DNA from: Octopus sinensis
Lineage: Eukaryota
Reading direction: 5' to 3'
NCBI RefSeq assembly: GCF_006345805.1
Contig: NC_043008.1
Span: 32,054,001-32,118,000 of the forward strand
DNA: 64,000 nt
The notes beneath the pieces were generated by a model that searched no databases, had not been told where the DNA came from, and saw only the letters and a list, made by a program, of their open reading frames with translations. The translations under genes were made by a program, and so were the position numbers. Of this stretch, positions 13,331 to 25,860 are shown piece by piece (within the stretch, counting starts at the first letter, position 1; the number at the start of each line of letters is the position of its first letter).

Positions 13331-13430
13331 TGCCCTGCTTGTTATCAGCCTTCATTTGTTTCCAAGAAAGGTTATTTCTCTATGAAAATGAACAACGCTG
13401 CTTGTTTGAGGGTGATGCTCATTATAATAT

Positions 13431-13486
<56 letters not shown>

Positions 13487-16400
13487 CTATGTTGCTGTAA
13501 AACTGGTTCTTAGTTATCAAGAACTGGGTCCAATTATTTATTACTATTCTCAATTTATTGAATTCTGAAATTGGTAGAACAAAATTAAATTCTGTAGGAA
13601 TTAATCTTTGATCACATAATCATAAGATGTTGAAATAAAATTCTTCTACAAGAAAAATAGAGAAGGACCTACATGATCAATAAGCTTGATGGAAATAACA
13701 ACCATATTTCTCTCAAACAATACCATGTTTAATAAAAGTGTAAAACGCAGAATGATGTTATCTGGGGTACACTGTCTAAAAGTGTAACTAATGGCATAGT
13801 TATGGCTTGAATTCTTTGATTGTAGATCAGCAATATGAAAAATTAATCAACCATTCAAGTGGTGTTGGGTTCCGTCCCAAGGTGCAGCACTTTGGACAAA
13901 TGTCTTCTACTATAGCCCTCAAGCCATCCAAAACCTTGTGAGTGGATTTGGTGGATAGAGTCTGAAAGAAGCCTGTTGTGTGTGTATGTGTGCATGTTTG
14001 TGTATAACCCCCCCCCACACACACACACATGTATCTAGACATCATGTGATGGTTGTCAGTGAGTATCATCATCATCATTCAAGTGTGTTTGATTCCTTTC
14101 TTCTGTGGAAAAACTTTTGCTTGAAAACAAGTGAGGGTATGTGGCATGAAGGGCGTCCAGTTATGGAAAATCTACCTCATCAAATTCCATCCGACCTATG
14201 AATGCATTAAAAAGCAGACTTTCAATGATGATGGTGGTTCAGTCTGGCATTGTCCTCTGTCTGCCTATTTTGCACTCTTTATTTCATTTCAAATAATGTG
14301 TGTGTAGACATGTGCAAATACTCGTTAAACTGTGTATAGACATATGTAAATACTCATTTAAAGGCAAGGTTTTGCTTAATTTTTCTCTTATCGGTTTTTA
14401 TCTTTGGTAGTATATAGATGTTATTCATGCTGCTGTTAATTTACTTATTTTATATGATATGGGATACAGAGTTTCTGATACAAGGTTAGTTGGTTGTTAT
14501 CACTACTGAATCAGAATGAAGGAATGTTTACTTATTAAATGATTTAGTTTATTCTTCTATACAGGTTGCATATTGCGTGTGTGTGTATTTAAGGGAGTTG
14601 AGAGTTTTGTGGCTTTGATATCTGAGACTTTCATAAGGATTTTTAAGATGCAAATCAGGTTTGACGGTGGGTTATAACGAAGCAAGCGTTGCATGTTTTA
14701 AGGTTTTTGTTCTTTTTCATTTTGCTCTTTACCGGAGAATATTTATAGAGGAGAGTATGTCATGAGTAGTAGACATTTTAAGAGTGAAGCACAATTAAAA
14801 AAATCTCTCAAATCTGTTGCAAATACTTGAACGCCTCACAGTCTTTTGATGGTCTCTCCTAGTGACATCACTTTCATAACATTTTCAAAACTACAATAGA
14901 CTAGGTCTCTTCTTTAGAACCAAGAACTACTGCAGCTGTAATCTGTTGTTGAACCTCTTCATAAGTCAAGTGTGGCCTACATTCAAGTACTACTCACATA
15001 TCTAGGATGCTACTGCTGTTACATGCATGCAAACATTTGAGATTACATTATAAAAATAAAAGGCAAAACATCATTTGGCCAATTGGCAAATACCCATAAC
15101 ACCAACATACAGACAGTTTCTTTCTCTCTGTTACACCACTGCTTCAATAGTCTCCCTTCCTCTGAAGTAATAATCTGCATACACTCTTCTGCCAGGCTTA
15201 CTTATCCCTGCCATCTTTTTCTCCCATTAACCCTTACTTCATCTTCCCACTTACTGCTTTGAACACTTCTAATCCTTCTTTTCCAAGACTGCAGCCCCTC
15301 AGAATTCTTTCCTACACTTATGGGGTTTTTTGTTTGTTTTTATTCATTTTTATTATTTGTTGCTGCAGACAGGGTCCTATAGATATTCAAGTTGAACATC
15401 AACTGCTTTAAATCTCACCAAATTGTAGGGACCTTTGAAGGTCACTGGCACTGTCCCTCAGCTTGACTATTTTAACACGTACACACATTGTTTCAGAAGT
15501 CAGAATTGGCCCTGACAAATTAAGGTTGCACTAGATACTTAAACCTAATTTAAATGTAGCCATGACCAACATAACTAAGCAACTTCGTTGAACTAGAGCT
15601 GCTTGCTGATCAGAGTGGCAGTTATTGGATGAAACCAAACCCACCTCCAAAACACTTAGATAATTTACATTAGGAAGGCATCTTTACTTTAGCTGAAAAA
15701 ATTTTAGATTACTATCAATAGAAGTTGTATCAGCAGCAACAGCAGAAATTTTTTAAAATTTTACCACCACCATTATCATCATCAACATCATCACCACCAT
15801 GTCCATTCATTTTCTGTGCTGGTGTAGAGGGAGTGTGGGTGAGTAGTTTGAGTAGTTGAGCGTCAAACATAGCATCCTTTCACATGCCTTGCTCCTGCAA
15901 AAACAACCCCTCCCCCTGCATAACTTTCACAAAAGACTTTTTACTTACTTATTTACATATCTTCTCCTCTCCCTTCCACGCGTTTCCCACTTGTGCTGAT
16001 TCACTCCACCCTAATTTGTTATGTATGTGATGTGACAGTATGTGGTAGTTGTCTACTGTAATATTTAAAAAAAAAATACTTGAGTTTGTTAGTTTGTTTT
16101 ATCACTTTAAAATTTGTTGTTTTTTTACTTTATTTTGTTTATTTCTTAGAAGTATTCCTCCTCATTGTATCCATCTCCTCCCCATCATCCATTTCTTTTT
16201 TCATTCCATGCTGTCAGGAATTGGGTATCTGCTCTATAATACAACTTATACAGTAGCCCTTCTCTATTAATCTCATGGTCCTTACATCATCTTATCTGTG
16301 AGTTTTTCAGTGTTTATCTTGAGCTACAGATGAAAATTTGTAAATTAAGACAAATTCATCTGCCCTGAATACATGTATGTTGTGACATTTAGGGCAGGAT

Positions 16401-16709
16401 GCTTCTAGTAACTGTATTTTTATTTAATTTTTTTAGCACAAACCATTATTTCTTTCCTCAAACTCTAGTTTTTTTTTAATTCTTTATTATTCAATCAGAT
16501 CCACCTGTTTACTTCCTTCCAAAATCGTCTGCAAGCTGTGTTTTACCACAGGTCTCTTCCACCAACTAACTTACAGTACTAGTTTACTCAACATACGACT
16601 CTCTGTGCAGTTTGCTTGAAATAATAGTCAAAACTCCTTCAGATCAAATTTTGCTATCATAAACAAAGTACTCACTTGATAATGTAGCACTAACATGCTT
16701 TGGAAAGCA

Positions 16710-16900
16710 TCATCATTTAGTGTCTGTCTTTCGTGCTGGCCTGGGTAAGATGGTTTGACTGCAGTTGGCAAGCTATAGAGCTGCACCAGGCTGCAACAGA
16801 CTGGAGTCTCTTTTGGCTTGGTTTCTGCAGCTGGATGTCCTTCATAATGCCAACCATTCCACAGAGTTTATTGGATATCTTTTATATGTCACTGGCATGG
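16710..16900 (-). mobile_element. RTE LINE 3' tail, degenerate
   Basis: cagctggatgtccttcataatgccaaccattccacagag is homologous to the other RTE tails. Confidence 0.6.
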
Positions 16901-17699
16901 ATACCTAGCTGAAACTCCTATGATTTTAGGTCCCTTGTTTGATTAAAGCTGAATTAAAGATAAATAATACCAACAACATTGATGTCCACATAAATTTGGC
17001 CATATTTCTTTTATGCAAAAATCATTTCTCTCAAATCTTTTTTTTATTTGTTTTACATCCTAATTGTTCAACAATAGCATTGCATCGTTAATTGCAGGTT
17101 TGCAATGGGTCAATCACTGGCTTACTGCATTTCCTATGACAAGAGTGACAAGAGAGTGCTTGTGTAACTGCATGCACAACAGATACCTTGAATCTTTGCA
17201 AAGCATCGTTTAAGAAGAAAATCTCTTAGATGAAAAGCCTCAGAGATGATATCTCTGTATAGAATATCTTAGTTATCCTTTGCTGAGCAAAGGATATCAG
17301 CAAAAGATATACACACGTGAAGAGAGAGAGAGAGAGAGAGAGTGAGCATGCACTAACAAAACTGGCTGACTTTAAGGATTAGCAGGGAAGCTGACCAGCA
17401 AAATTAAAGAGGAAAGTGAAAGCTTATATAAGGACCTTTTTACACAAGCAAGGCTAATAGAAAAGCAAAAGTTTTTTGGTTTTTTTTACCAAAAGTGCCT
17501 ATCACCAGTTTCTTAATACTCCTGCTTATTTTCTTTCTTCATTATCTGGCCCAGACTTAATATTCGAATTTCTTTCACATTTTATCTGATTAGTGAAGGT
17601 TTGCATTTTCAAAGCAAACAAATTTAATTTTCTTTACTTTGTGTTTTTGTTGTTTAGCCCAGTCCAACTCTATAAAACTGGTCAACATGATTTTTGGTG

Positions 17700-18020
17700 T
17701 CAAGAAACAAAACATGTTTTTTAGCTAATTTGATGGTGCTGATTTCAAAAATGACCGTAGTTTTTCATGGTTAGCTACCGTTTTTGCTGTACTGAAATTC
17801 TCCTTTTTGGAAAAAAAGATCAATTTATGCTCTTGGCTGATCACAAAATTTAATTTAAAAAGGTAGTAGAAACCCATGAATTTTCAGGTAGGCCAAGCAA
17901 TTTATGTCAGCCACCTGAAATAAACTATTTTTACAAGAAAAATAGTGTTTTTGAGTCAAAATGTATCTCAGGGTCACATTTCACCCCTTAGCCTGTACAC
18001 TTTGCCTGAGTGGGGCAGTA
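17700..18020. mobile_element. DNA transposon terminal fragment (CMC/Chapaev-like, tentative)
   Basis: gatggtgctgatttcaaaaatgacc..gagtggggcagt resembles a subterminal/terminal region of DNA transposons. No coding evidence; the family assignment is from recall only. Confidence 0.25.
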
Positions 18021-18585
18021 ATGACTGAATTGGTTGTTTCCTTTCAACTACAGACCTTGATTTGGTTTCAGCTGGGAAAAACATACATGAAAGTGTTCAT
18101 AATTAACTAATATGTGAGATTGTCTTAACGATATTTGCTGCGGGGCTTTGTATTGCTGTTTTCTGGAATGTGACCATGTCTATCCTTAGAGGTGATCTTT
18201 CAATGCATTCACAGAAATGGTCGTGTGTCACTGTAGTTGTGCTGATTACAAATGGTATGATAGATGCATTCCTTAAATGTCAGAATGTTTTTTGTTCAAC
18301 AGCTATTTGGGTATAATTCCTTAATTGTTTCAACTGGCTGCTGTACAACATTGTAGTCATTCTGTGTTAGTCATTAGTACACTGTTGTTGCTTTTACAGC
18401 CATTTTTTCATGCCAGTATGGGTTTGATGAAAACATTTTTGATGCATTGTTTTACTGCCAGATACCCTTCTTGTTGCTAATCTGTTTTTCAAGTAAGGGT
18501 GTGAAAACAATCTAGGAAAATATTGGTAGGCTTATGTGCCATCCGGTGATTATTCTCAATACTGAAGTTCCATAGTATTCTTGCA

Positions 18586-19096
18586 CTGAGAGATAATATT
18601 TATCCCCACTTGAATGTGGATGTTCTATTAGAACAAACTACACTATGGTAGATACCATGAGAGAAACTCTCATATTGGCTTTTGGTACAAAGTGCACTCT
18701 TATTTATATTGCTAATGGGGAAATAAATCCCTGCCATCTCCAGTGCTGAGATCACCAGATCATGTGATTTCAACCTTCCCTGGTTTCATCAGTGTAGATG
18801 TTTGACTGCCAGAGACAGCAGCAACTCATCTCCCTGCCAGTGATGTATCAAAAAACAGCCGGAAAAGGTACTGGTGTCATGATTAGCCAGTGAACTTGTT
18901 AAAAAAGGTTGAAGTCATGAGATGTGGTGATCTTGGTACTGGAGATGTCAGGGATTTATTTATCTACTAGCAATATAAATAAAAGTGTATTTTGCACTAA
19001 AAGCTAATATGAAAGGTTTTCTCATGGTATCTACCACAGTATAGTTTGTTCTAACAGAACATCCACATTTAAGTGGGGATAAATATCACCTCTCAG
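18586..19096. mobile_element. 511-bp fold-back MITE with about 192-bp inverted arms
   Basis: 18586-18777 is the reverse complement (roughly 80-85% by eye) of 18905-19096. Flanks are CA/TA. A partial copy of one arm is at about 30505-30630. Confidence 0.85.
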
Positions 19097-19619
19097 TATT
19101 AATACTGACTCTGTTGCATATATATATATATATATATTCACATTGTCATATTGTTTTAGACTGATGGATGTCTATATGAATACCTCAGCTTTTTTTACTT
19201 TTAGGAGTTAAAATTTGGGAAGGCATCTGTAGAGCAGCTTTACTAAGTTATTGTGTGTCTATGTATATTTTCTCAGAACTGGTGGAAGACATCTTTGTAG
19301 AATAATTGCTTCAGAAAAATACATCAGATAAACCACATTTGCTTTTTATATTGTAAGAATTGTGAAAATTCCTTTCATTATTTTTTAGTTATGATTGCCT
19401 AAATAGAATGTTGATATTCTATTTAGTTGAACAGTCATGTAGAAACTTGTTCATGTTTTTACCTTTGTCTGCCATGAAGTAGTAATCTACCCTGGTCTTT
19501 GGCAAACTAGGGCAAAACAAAATCAGGAGAGTACAAACACGGTGGCTATTGTAAAATTTGAACTTATGACCAAGAAGTCAGTAGGTCATCCCACTTCTCA
19601 GATGTTTTGCTTCTGTAAA

Positions 19620-19850
19620 TAATAATAATTATTGGCACACGGCCAGTAATTTTGGGGAAAGAGTGAAGTCGATTATATCAACCCAAATATTTGGCCCCAG
19701 CATTCAGCTTATTCTATTGACTCTGAAAAGATGAAAGGCAAAGTCGACCTTGGCAGAATATTAGAACTCAGAACAATGGACAAAATCCCACTAATCATTT
19801 TGCCCAGCGTGCCAACAATTCTGCCAGCTCACCATCATCTTTCAACAGTA
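19620..19850 (-). mobile_element. SINE
   Basis: aataataattattggcacac..gactctgaaaagatgaaaggcaaagtcgaccttggcag..caattctgccagctcacc is the reverse complement of the SINE core and head. Confidence 0.7.
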
Positions 19851-21062
19851 ATAATAAAATGTAGTAAGTTAATAAATTTTTAAAAGAAATTATAAAATGA
19901 ATTAATTATCATCTACTTGAATTTTCTTTTTTAGTGTTGTTACATACAGCTTGCTTTTATTGTGTGTAAGAAGGTGCTTTACTGCATAAATATCAAATAA
20001 GTTTCAGAGTTTGGGTTTCAAATCTCACAAAGACAAGTGTATCTTGGATGAATAAGGAAAATTATTCTGGGTAGAACTGTACCTGAAATAACTGTGATGT
20101 ATTTGGATTCAGATATCCAAAAGAAGAAAAAAATGGGCGTGGAAATGTCACAATGAAAGATTGAGATATTAAGGTAGAGGCTATTTTAATTCAGTTGTGT
20201 CAACAAAAGGGACCAGCTGGGATGCTGATTAAAAACAATTAGGGAATAGGAGGATAAAGAGGACATATTCAGTAAAGCTAAAATAAAAAACAAATTTTAA
20301 AAAAAACTATAGGGATCAGGTGGGAAGCTGACAAAAGCAATTAGGGAGAACAATAATACTGCAAGTCATTTAGAAAAAATGTTACTGCTCTGATGATAGT
20401 GTTGAAAGCCTCATGGTGAATTAGTTTCACACTAAGTCACTTAGTTTAGCTACTTAGGTTTTGTGGGCAAGTTATTATCTCTGATGACCTGATTGCTGTT
20501 GCCTAGCACCAGCCAAGTATTGCAGGGCTGAAGGTGACACTTATATGAGTGAATAGAGGCTGCTGGGGGAAATTATATGTGTCTTAAGTTAATGAAGCTG
20601 GTTACGAAGTGGGTAGAAAGCGCCAAAGCATCCAACTTTCAGAAGTTCAAGCTGAATATTAACTGCACTGACCTCACTACCTTGCATGTGTTTATGAGTG
20701 TGTAGGGTAGGGTATACGTGCATAGGCTATGTATGCTGACTATCTTTGTTGTACATATATTATGTTTATAATTAGGTAAATGCTTGCCTTTACAAATTAG
20801 ACTAAAATAAAAAAGCACTCAGTACAAGATTTAGAACTCAATTTTTTACACACACATCAAAAGTTTCCATAGAAGGTCAGAATTTTATGTGTGTGTAGCT
20901 GAAATTGTAAAGATAATCTAGAACTCAATTGAGGAAAGAAAACTCCAAATGACCTGTCCTTGTTTTCTTTGTATCGTCTATCTGGATGTTTTGTTGTCCC
21001 TTTTTTGTATCACCTAACTGTCTAGATGTTTTGCGTTCTTGTCCCATTTTGTATTTTGTATG

Positions 21063-21097
<35 letters not shown>

Positions 21098-21138
21098 CTG
21101 CGTACGTACACTTTGGTCTCATATATATATATATATAT

Positions 21139-21177
<39 letters not shown>

Positions 21178-21569
21178 CATCATCATTTTAACATCCACAT
21201 TTTCATGCTCATATAGGCTGGACTAAATTTGTTGTAGATTTTCTGTGGTTGGATGTTCTTCCTGTCACCAACTGTCACCTTTTTCCAAGTAAGGTAATAT
21301 TTCCCCCATGCCTGTACTAGATGCATTTTATGATGGAATCAGTTCTAGATATGTTGTCATGGTCCTGACATAACTTAACAGTCCCCTCCCCACCCTGCAT
21401 TGTCTCCATATAATAATTTTATATATGAATGTGTACATGTGTGTATAAATATAAAGTGTGTATGTGTACTCTCCCATTAACAAATACTCATTAGTGAGGT
21501 ATCCTGGCAACTAGTTATTTCATATTGATGCAGTTGTTTATTTTTTTAATTTTGGTATCACATTAGTTG

Positions 21570-21790
21570 TTTAGCATTTAAACCAGCCATATCCAGCCCA
21601 AATGTTCTACCAGTTTTATATTCAAACTGGGCTGATCCAGCTGCTTGCACCTACCCTCCAATGTCATTCTAAAAATAAACAATCACATCTTTGGAATCTC
21701 AAAGTTACAAGACAATTCATGATTACTTAAAAACAATGTGAATAAATAAGTATTATGTTTGATAGAGTAATCTGAATGTTGAAAGGTTAA
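21570..21790 (+). mobile_element. piggyBac-type MITE (tttagcatt family)
   Basis: Starts tttagcatttaaacc and ends gaatgttgaaaggTTAA. The same family occurs at 24085, 57200 and 59763. Confidence 0.65.
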
Positions 21791-23504
21791 AGGTAAGAAT
21801 CTAGATTACCTTCAGCTTAAGTTGACAGTGGTCAGTGCAATAGGATCAGTGTTTTGAGGAACGTGCCAATACTTAGACAGTTCTAATGTTTGAGTTGATC
21901 ATCTGATCTAAATGTTTTTAATATCACTTGCTTTCAAATGAAAGTCTATTGTCACTTTCCTAATTATTTTATCTATAAAACGTTTTTTTTTTTAATGATG
22001 GAATCAGTTCCTTTAACATGGGGTTATTTTTAGAGTTAATTTAGAAATGCTTAGGAGCCAAAAAGAAAAGCCTAAAAGACCACCAAAAACAAATAATATA
22101 AAATTATAATTAAATGTAATATCAAACTTACTAAAAATAAAGACCACACTCTCAAATCATCAAAGACATCATATGTAAAAAGAAGAAAAAAAGACATTAA
22201 ATAGTTTTAGTCATCAATGTTATCTGAATTGGAAGCATTTATAATTCCTCATATTCAGCACATTTGCAGTTGCAAAAATTTGTGCATATCAATTTTTTTT
22301 ATCTTTACACTTGTACTATGAACCTGTTCTTGTACTGGAGCTATTTGTGTCAAGATTAAGCACAATCATTGTAAAGGATAAGAGATTATGTTATTCAGAC
22401 TGGAAGTAGCTTCTTGTCTTTCTTTGAATGCGTCCATCAATGTCGGGGGTTCTTGGGCAGGTATCATTAACTCATGGGCTGTACTTCAAATGATTATCTA
22501 AGAGACTGATGCTCCTTTTGAGATTTTGGTCTAAAGCAGTGTTTCCAAAACTAGTTTTCCCTAGGCCCCCACCATAACTTTCTAGAAAAATGTATGCCCC
22601 ATCGGTGGCTGTAAAAAAAAAAAAACTATTTTATTTTTAATATTTCATAATTATATATTTTCCTTTAAGAAATATCCATACTGGGTGCTATATTGTAGCA
22701 AACAGTCTTCACACAGTATGCTTGGCTAGAGGGATTGGTTTGGTTAGGCTGAGTATAAGTGGAGTATGTTTGCTGTGGAAAGAGATTTTCATAATTCCAT
22801 GTCACATGTAAAGAAAAAAAAAGATCCTACACCCCACCACAATTTCTCCATGCCCAAACAATGGGGCATATCCTTCAGTTTTTCTAAGCCCTGTAGAAGA
22901 ACTTGGAAGGTTGGGCCTCCAACTAGGCCTTTCATAATACCCTTAAAGCCAGGAACTTTTCAAAACCTCCACACACATGTATATGATTCAAATGTTCTTT
23001 GTGGTCAATATAAACCAACTAACAATTGAAGCCAGTTGAGCTATTTAATGTACATCTCATCTTGTTCTCTCCTCCCTATCTCTCCTACTGCCTCACTACA
23101 TCCTTCACTCAACCCCTTATTGCATTCTTAATGTCCCCACCCCCACCCCAATCTCCTAGTTGAATGCCATGGCTCAGGTATTCCAAGACAGCTGGTCTAC
23201 TGCTCTGCTGTTCCATTACAAGGTATCTAGGTCATCCTAAGTAGCTGAACTATGTATACTTAGACAGTTGAACAGGATTACCATCATATTGTTCTGTTTT
23301 TAGGACAAGGAATATTATCTCATCTTTTGATAATAATTGACACACTTTTAAGATATATAAAACACTATGTGCACATCAAAAATATTCACAACAGAATAGC
23401 AAAAATAGTATTAATATGTGTGGAAGCCAAATTGTAATAAAATAAAAGAGAAATTATATATCATTTATGTGCGAAGAGGACTTCTGAATCACTCTTTGTG
23501 TGTG

Positions 23505-23730
23505 GTGAAGGCATGTGGCTGAGTGGTTAGGGTATTTAGCACATGACCATAATGTTGTGAGTTCAGTACCCAACAGTGCATTTTGTCCTTGAGCTCCCTG
23601 AGAACTATGTTAAGGATACACACGTCTGTGGAGTGCTCAGCCACTTGCACATTAATTTCACAAGCAAGCCGTTCCAATCGGATCAATTGGAACCCTCATC
23701 GTCGTAACCGATGGAGTGCCTCTGTGTGTG
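23505..23730 (+). mobile_element. tRNA-headed SINE
   Basis: Head gcatgtggctgagtggttaggg..gtgagttcagtaccc..tgtccttgagc; the body is shared with 10240-10520. Confidence 0.7.
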
Positions 23731-24084
23731 TGTGTATGCATACATATACATACTTTGCTTGATGATGCTGGGGCCATCCTAAGTTAGTGGTCCCAGAGAT
23801 AGCATCATGTGTAGAGCCAACCAGTTCCACCAGTGCTCAGTTATGGAAAGCTGATGTCAACAGTAATTTTTAGTCTTGAAAGGACTGTCTGTTTAGTGTT
23901 GGTAGCAAAATGGTTGGTGATAGGAAGGTTAGCTGACCATAAAATGCAGGACAGAAGTAACACAAGATACAAAATGTTGAAACTGTCCAGTATTTCTCTG
24001 TTGCTGTTTGTGCTAGATGATGAACTGGTGAGTAACAAGACAGTGTGATGGCTCAGCTCATTGCAGCAATGAAAAAAATTACTC

Positions 24085-24312
24085 AACACCTTTAGCATTT
24101 AAACTGGCCAGATCCAGTCAAAATATTCTACCTGCTTTGTGTTCAAACTAACCAGATCCAACCTTTCCAACATACTCTACAATGTCATTCTAAGAATAAA
24201 ACTATCACATCACGGGAATCTCAGAGCTATGAGATAATGAATGCATTAAAACAAAACAATATGAAAAGTAAGCATTATATTTAAAATAATAATCTGAATG
24301 CTAAAAGGTTAA
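24085..24312 (+). mobile_element. piggyBac-type MITE
   Basis: cctttagcatttaaactggcc ... aatctgaatgctaaaaggTTAA; the ends are inverted (cctttagcatt / aatgctaaaagg). Confidence 0.75.
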
Positions 24313-25644
24313 ACCTTCCACTCCTTTTGGAGCACAGGCTATTGACAACTTTTCTCTGCTGTTCTCAACTTTGGACTGTCTTTTACCTGAGTGAAGGCCT
24401 GCCTCAGATTTTCTTGGTTTTGAATTGTTATCAATGCTTCTGCAGCTTGCCTTTTTTTTTCTTCTTTTTTTGGGGAGGTAGGTTTGTTGGTCCTATGCAA
24501 ACCCATATTTACCTGTATGTAGGGAACCATATCAATCTGGCCTCTAATTGTGATCTATGTTGTATAGGAGGCCCTACCTGGAACTTGTACTCTGTTGGCA
24601 TAGTTCTTAGAATCACTGAGTTATATATGCCTCCACACTGCAACAAGTAATTGTGGTGGCAATACATAAATAGTGGACTGATGATGATGATTATTGTGTG
24701 TGCATGCATGCACACACACACACACACGCACAAATATGCAAATAGAGTAGACTTGGATTTTGCACTCTGCAACCCTGGCAACACATTTCAGAGAGCTGTA
24801 TCTCTGGATATATGAGCTTTGATACAGGAGAGAGGGGATTCTTTAAGTCTTCTCTCCAGTGCTGATGATATGGTAAAATGCAGCCAGTATGTGTAAACCT
24901 ATCCACACCATGCCAGACCTGATAGAAAATGATTATGATACTGATATATGCATCCAAATGTTTGAGATCTAATACAAGTTTTTTGCATTGATAGGTGGAT
25001 GGTTAGTTTGGGGAGGCATTTTGTGGCCTATGTGTGTTCCATGTTAATTTTGCCCTACATTCTGTTTCCCTTGTGAAATGTGTGTTTTCGTAAAAATATT
25101 TACTGCACTATCAAAGGTCAGGTTATCAATTTCTCTTCTCTTCAAAATAATTCACATTCTCATTATCATTTTAACATCTCTACCCCTCATTTTTATTTTT
25201 TTTCTCTCTGGCTGTCAAAATTGCTATTTGATAACTTGCACTGCATTGTTTAAGTTTCATCATACATCATCACTTTTTTGGATGTGTATGTGGGTTTTAT
25301 TTTATTTGTTTTTGACAAATTTGAAACTTAATTTTTTATGTAAATTTATCCCTCACTGTTTATTTCTCTGTCTATCTCCATTCTCCCATCTCTTCACCTT
25401 CCTCTATTCTCTCATCTCTCACTTCTCTTCACCTTCTGCTTGTCTCTCTCTCTCACACATACACAAGTAAATTATTTCAATTTTAACTATATTTTGTTTT
25501 TCTCGTTATTGTGGTGTTGCTGCTTTGCTTTATGACACGAGCAATAAGATTTGTGTTGACAAGGAACTAATTTAATTCGTGCAATGGTATTTATTATAAC
25601 ATAAACTGTGATTATCAACATCACAAATATACAGATTAAATATA

Positions 25645-25860
25645 CGAGGGGCTACTGAAAAGTTCGAGGCTTTGGGTAAAAGAAAATGCAAAAGAATCAG
25701 TTAATTATGGTTTTATTCAACATATTGCCCTCTCAGATTCATATACTTACTGCAGCGGTCCTTCAGTTTTTCTAAGCCTACAAAAGAACTCGGAAGATTG
25801 GGCCTCCAACCAGGCCTTTCGCGACACCTTTAAAGCCAGGAACTTTACAGCACTCGCTCG
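25645..25860. mobile_element. mariner-derived MITE (216 bp)
   Basis: TIRs: TA-cgaggggctactgaaaagttcgaggcttt / aaagccaggaactttacagcactcgctcg-CA. A partial second copy is at about 22870-22972. The TIR resembles that of the mariner at 55943. Confidence 0.8.

Noticed and set aside
20388-20410. CTGATGA...GAAA hammerhead-like motif
   Set aside because: Stem II cannot close (T/T) and there is no complementary strand for stem III.
24017-24027. 11-nt microexon-like segment (gtgctag|atgatgaactg|gtgagt), and a 49-nt candidate at 12820-12868
   Set aside because: There is no host gene or compatible neighbouring exon; such splice-like motifs arise by chance in 26 kb.
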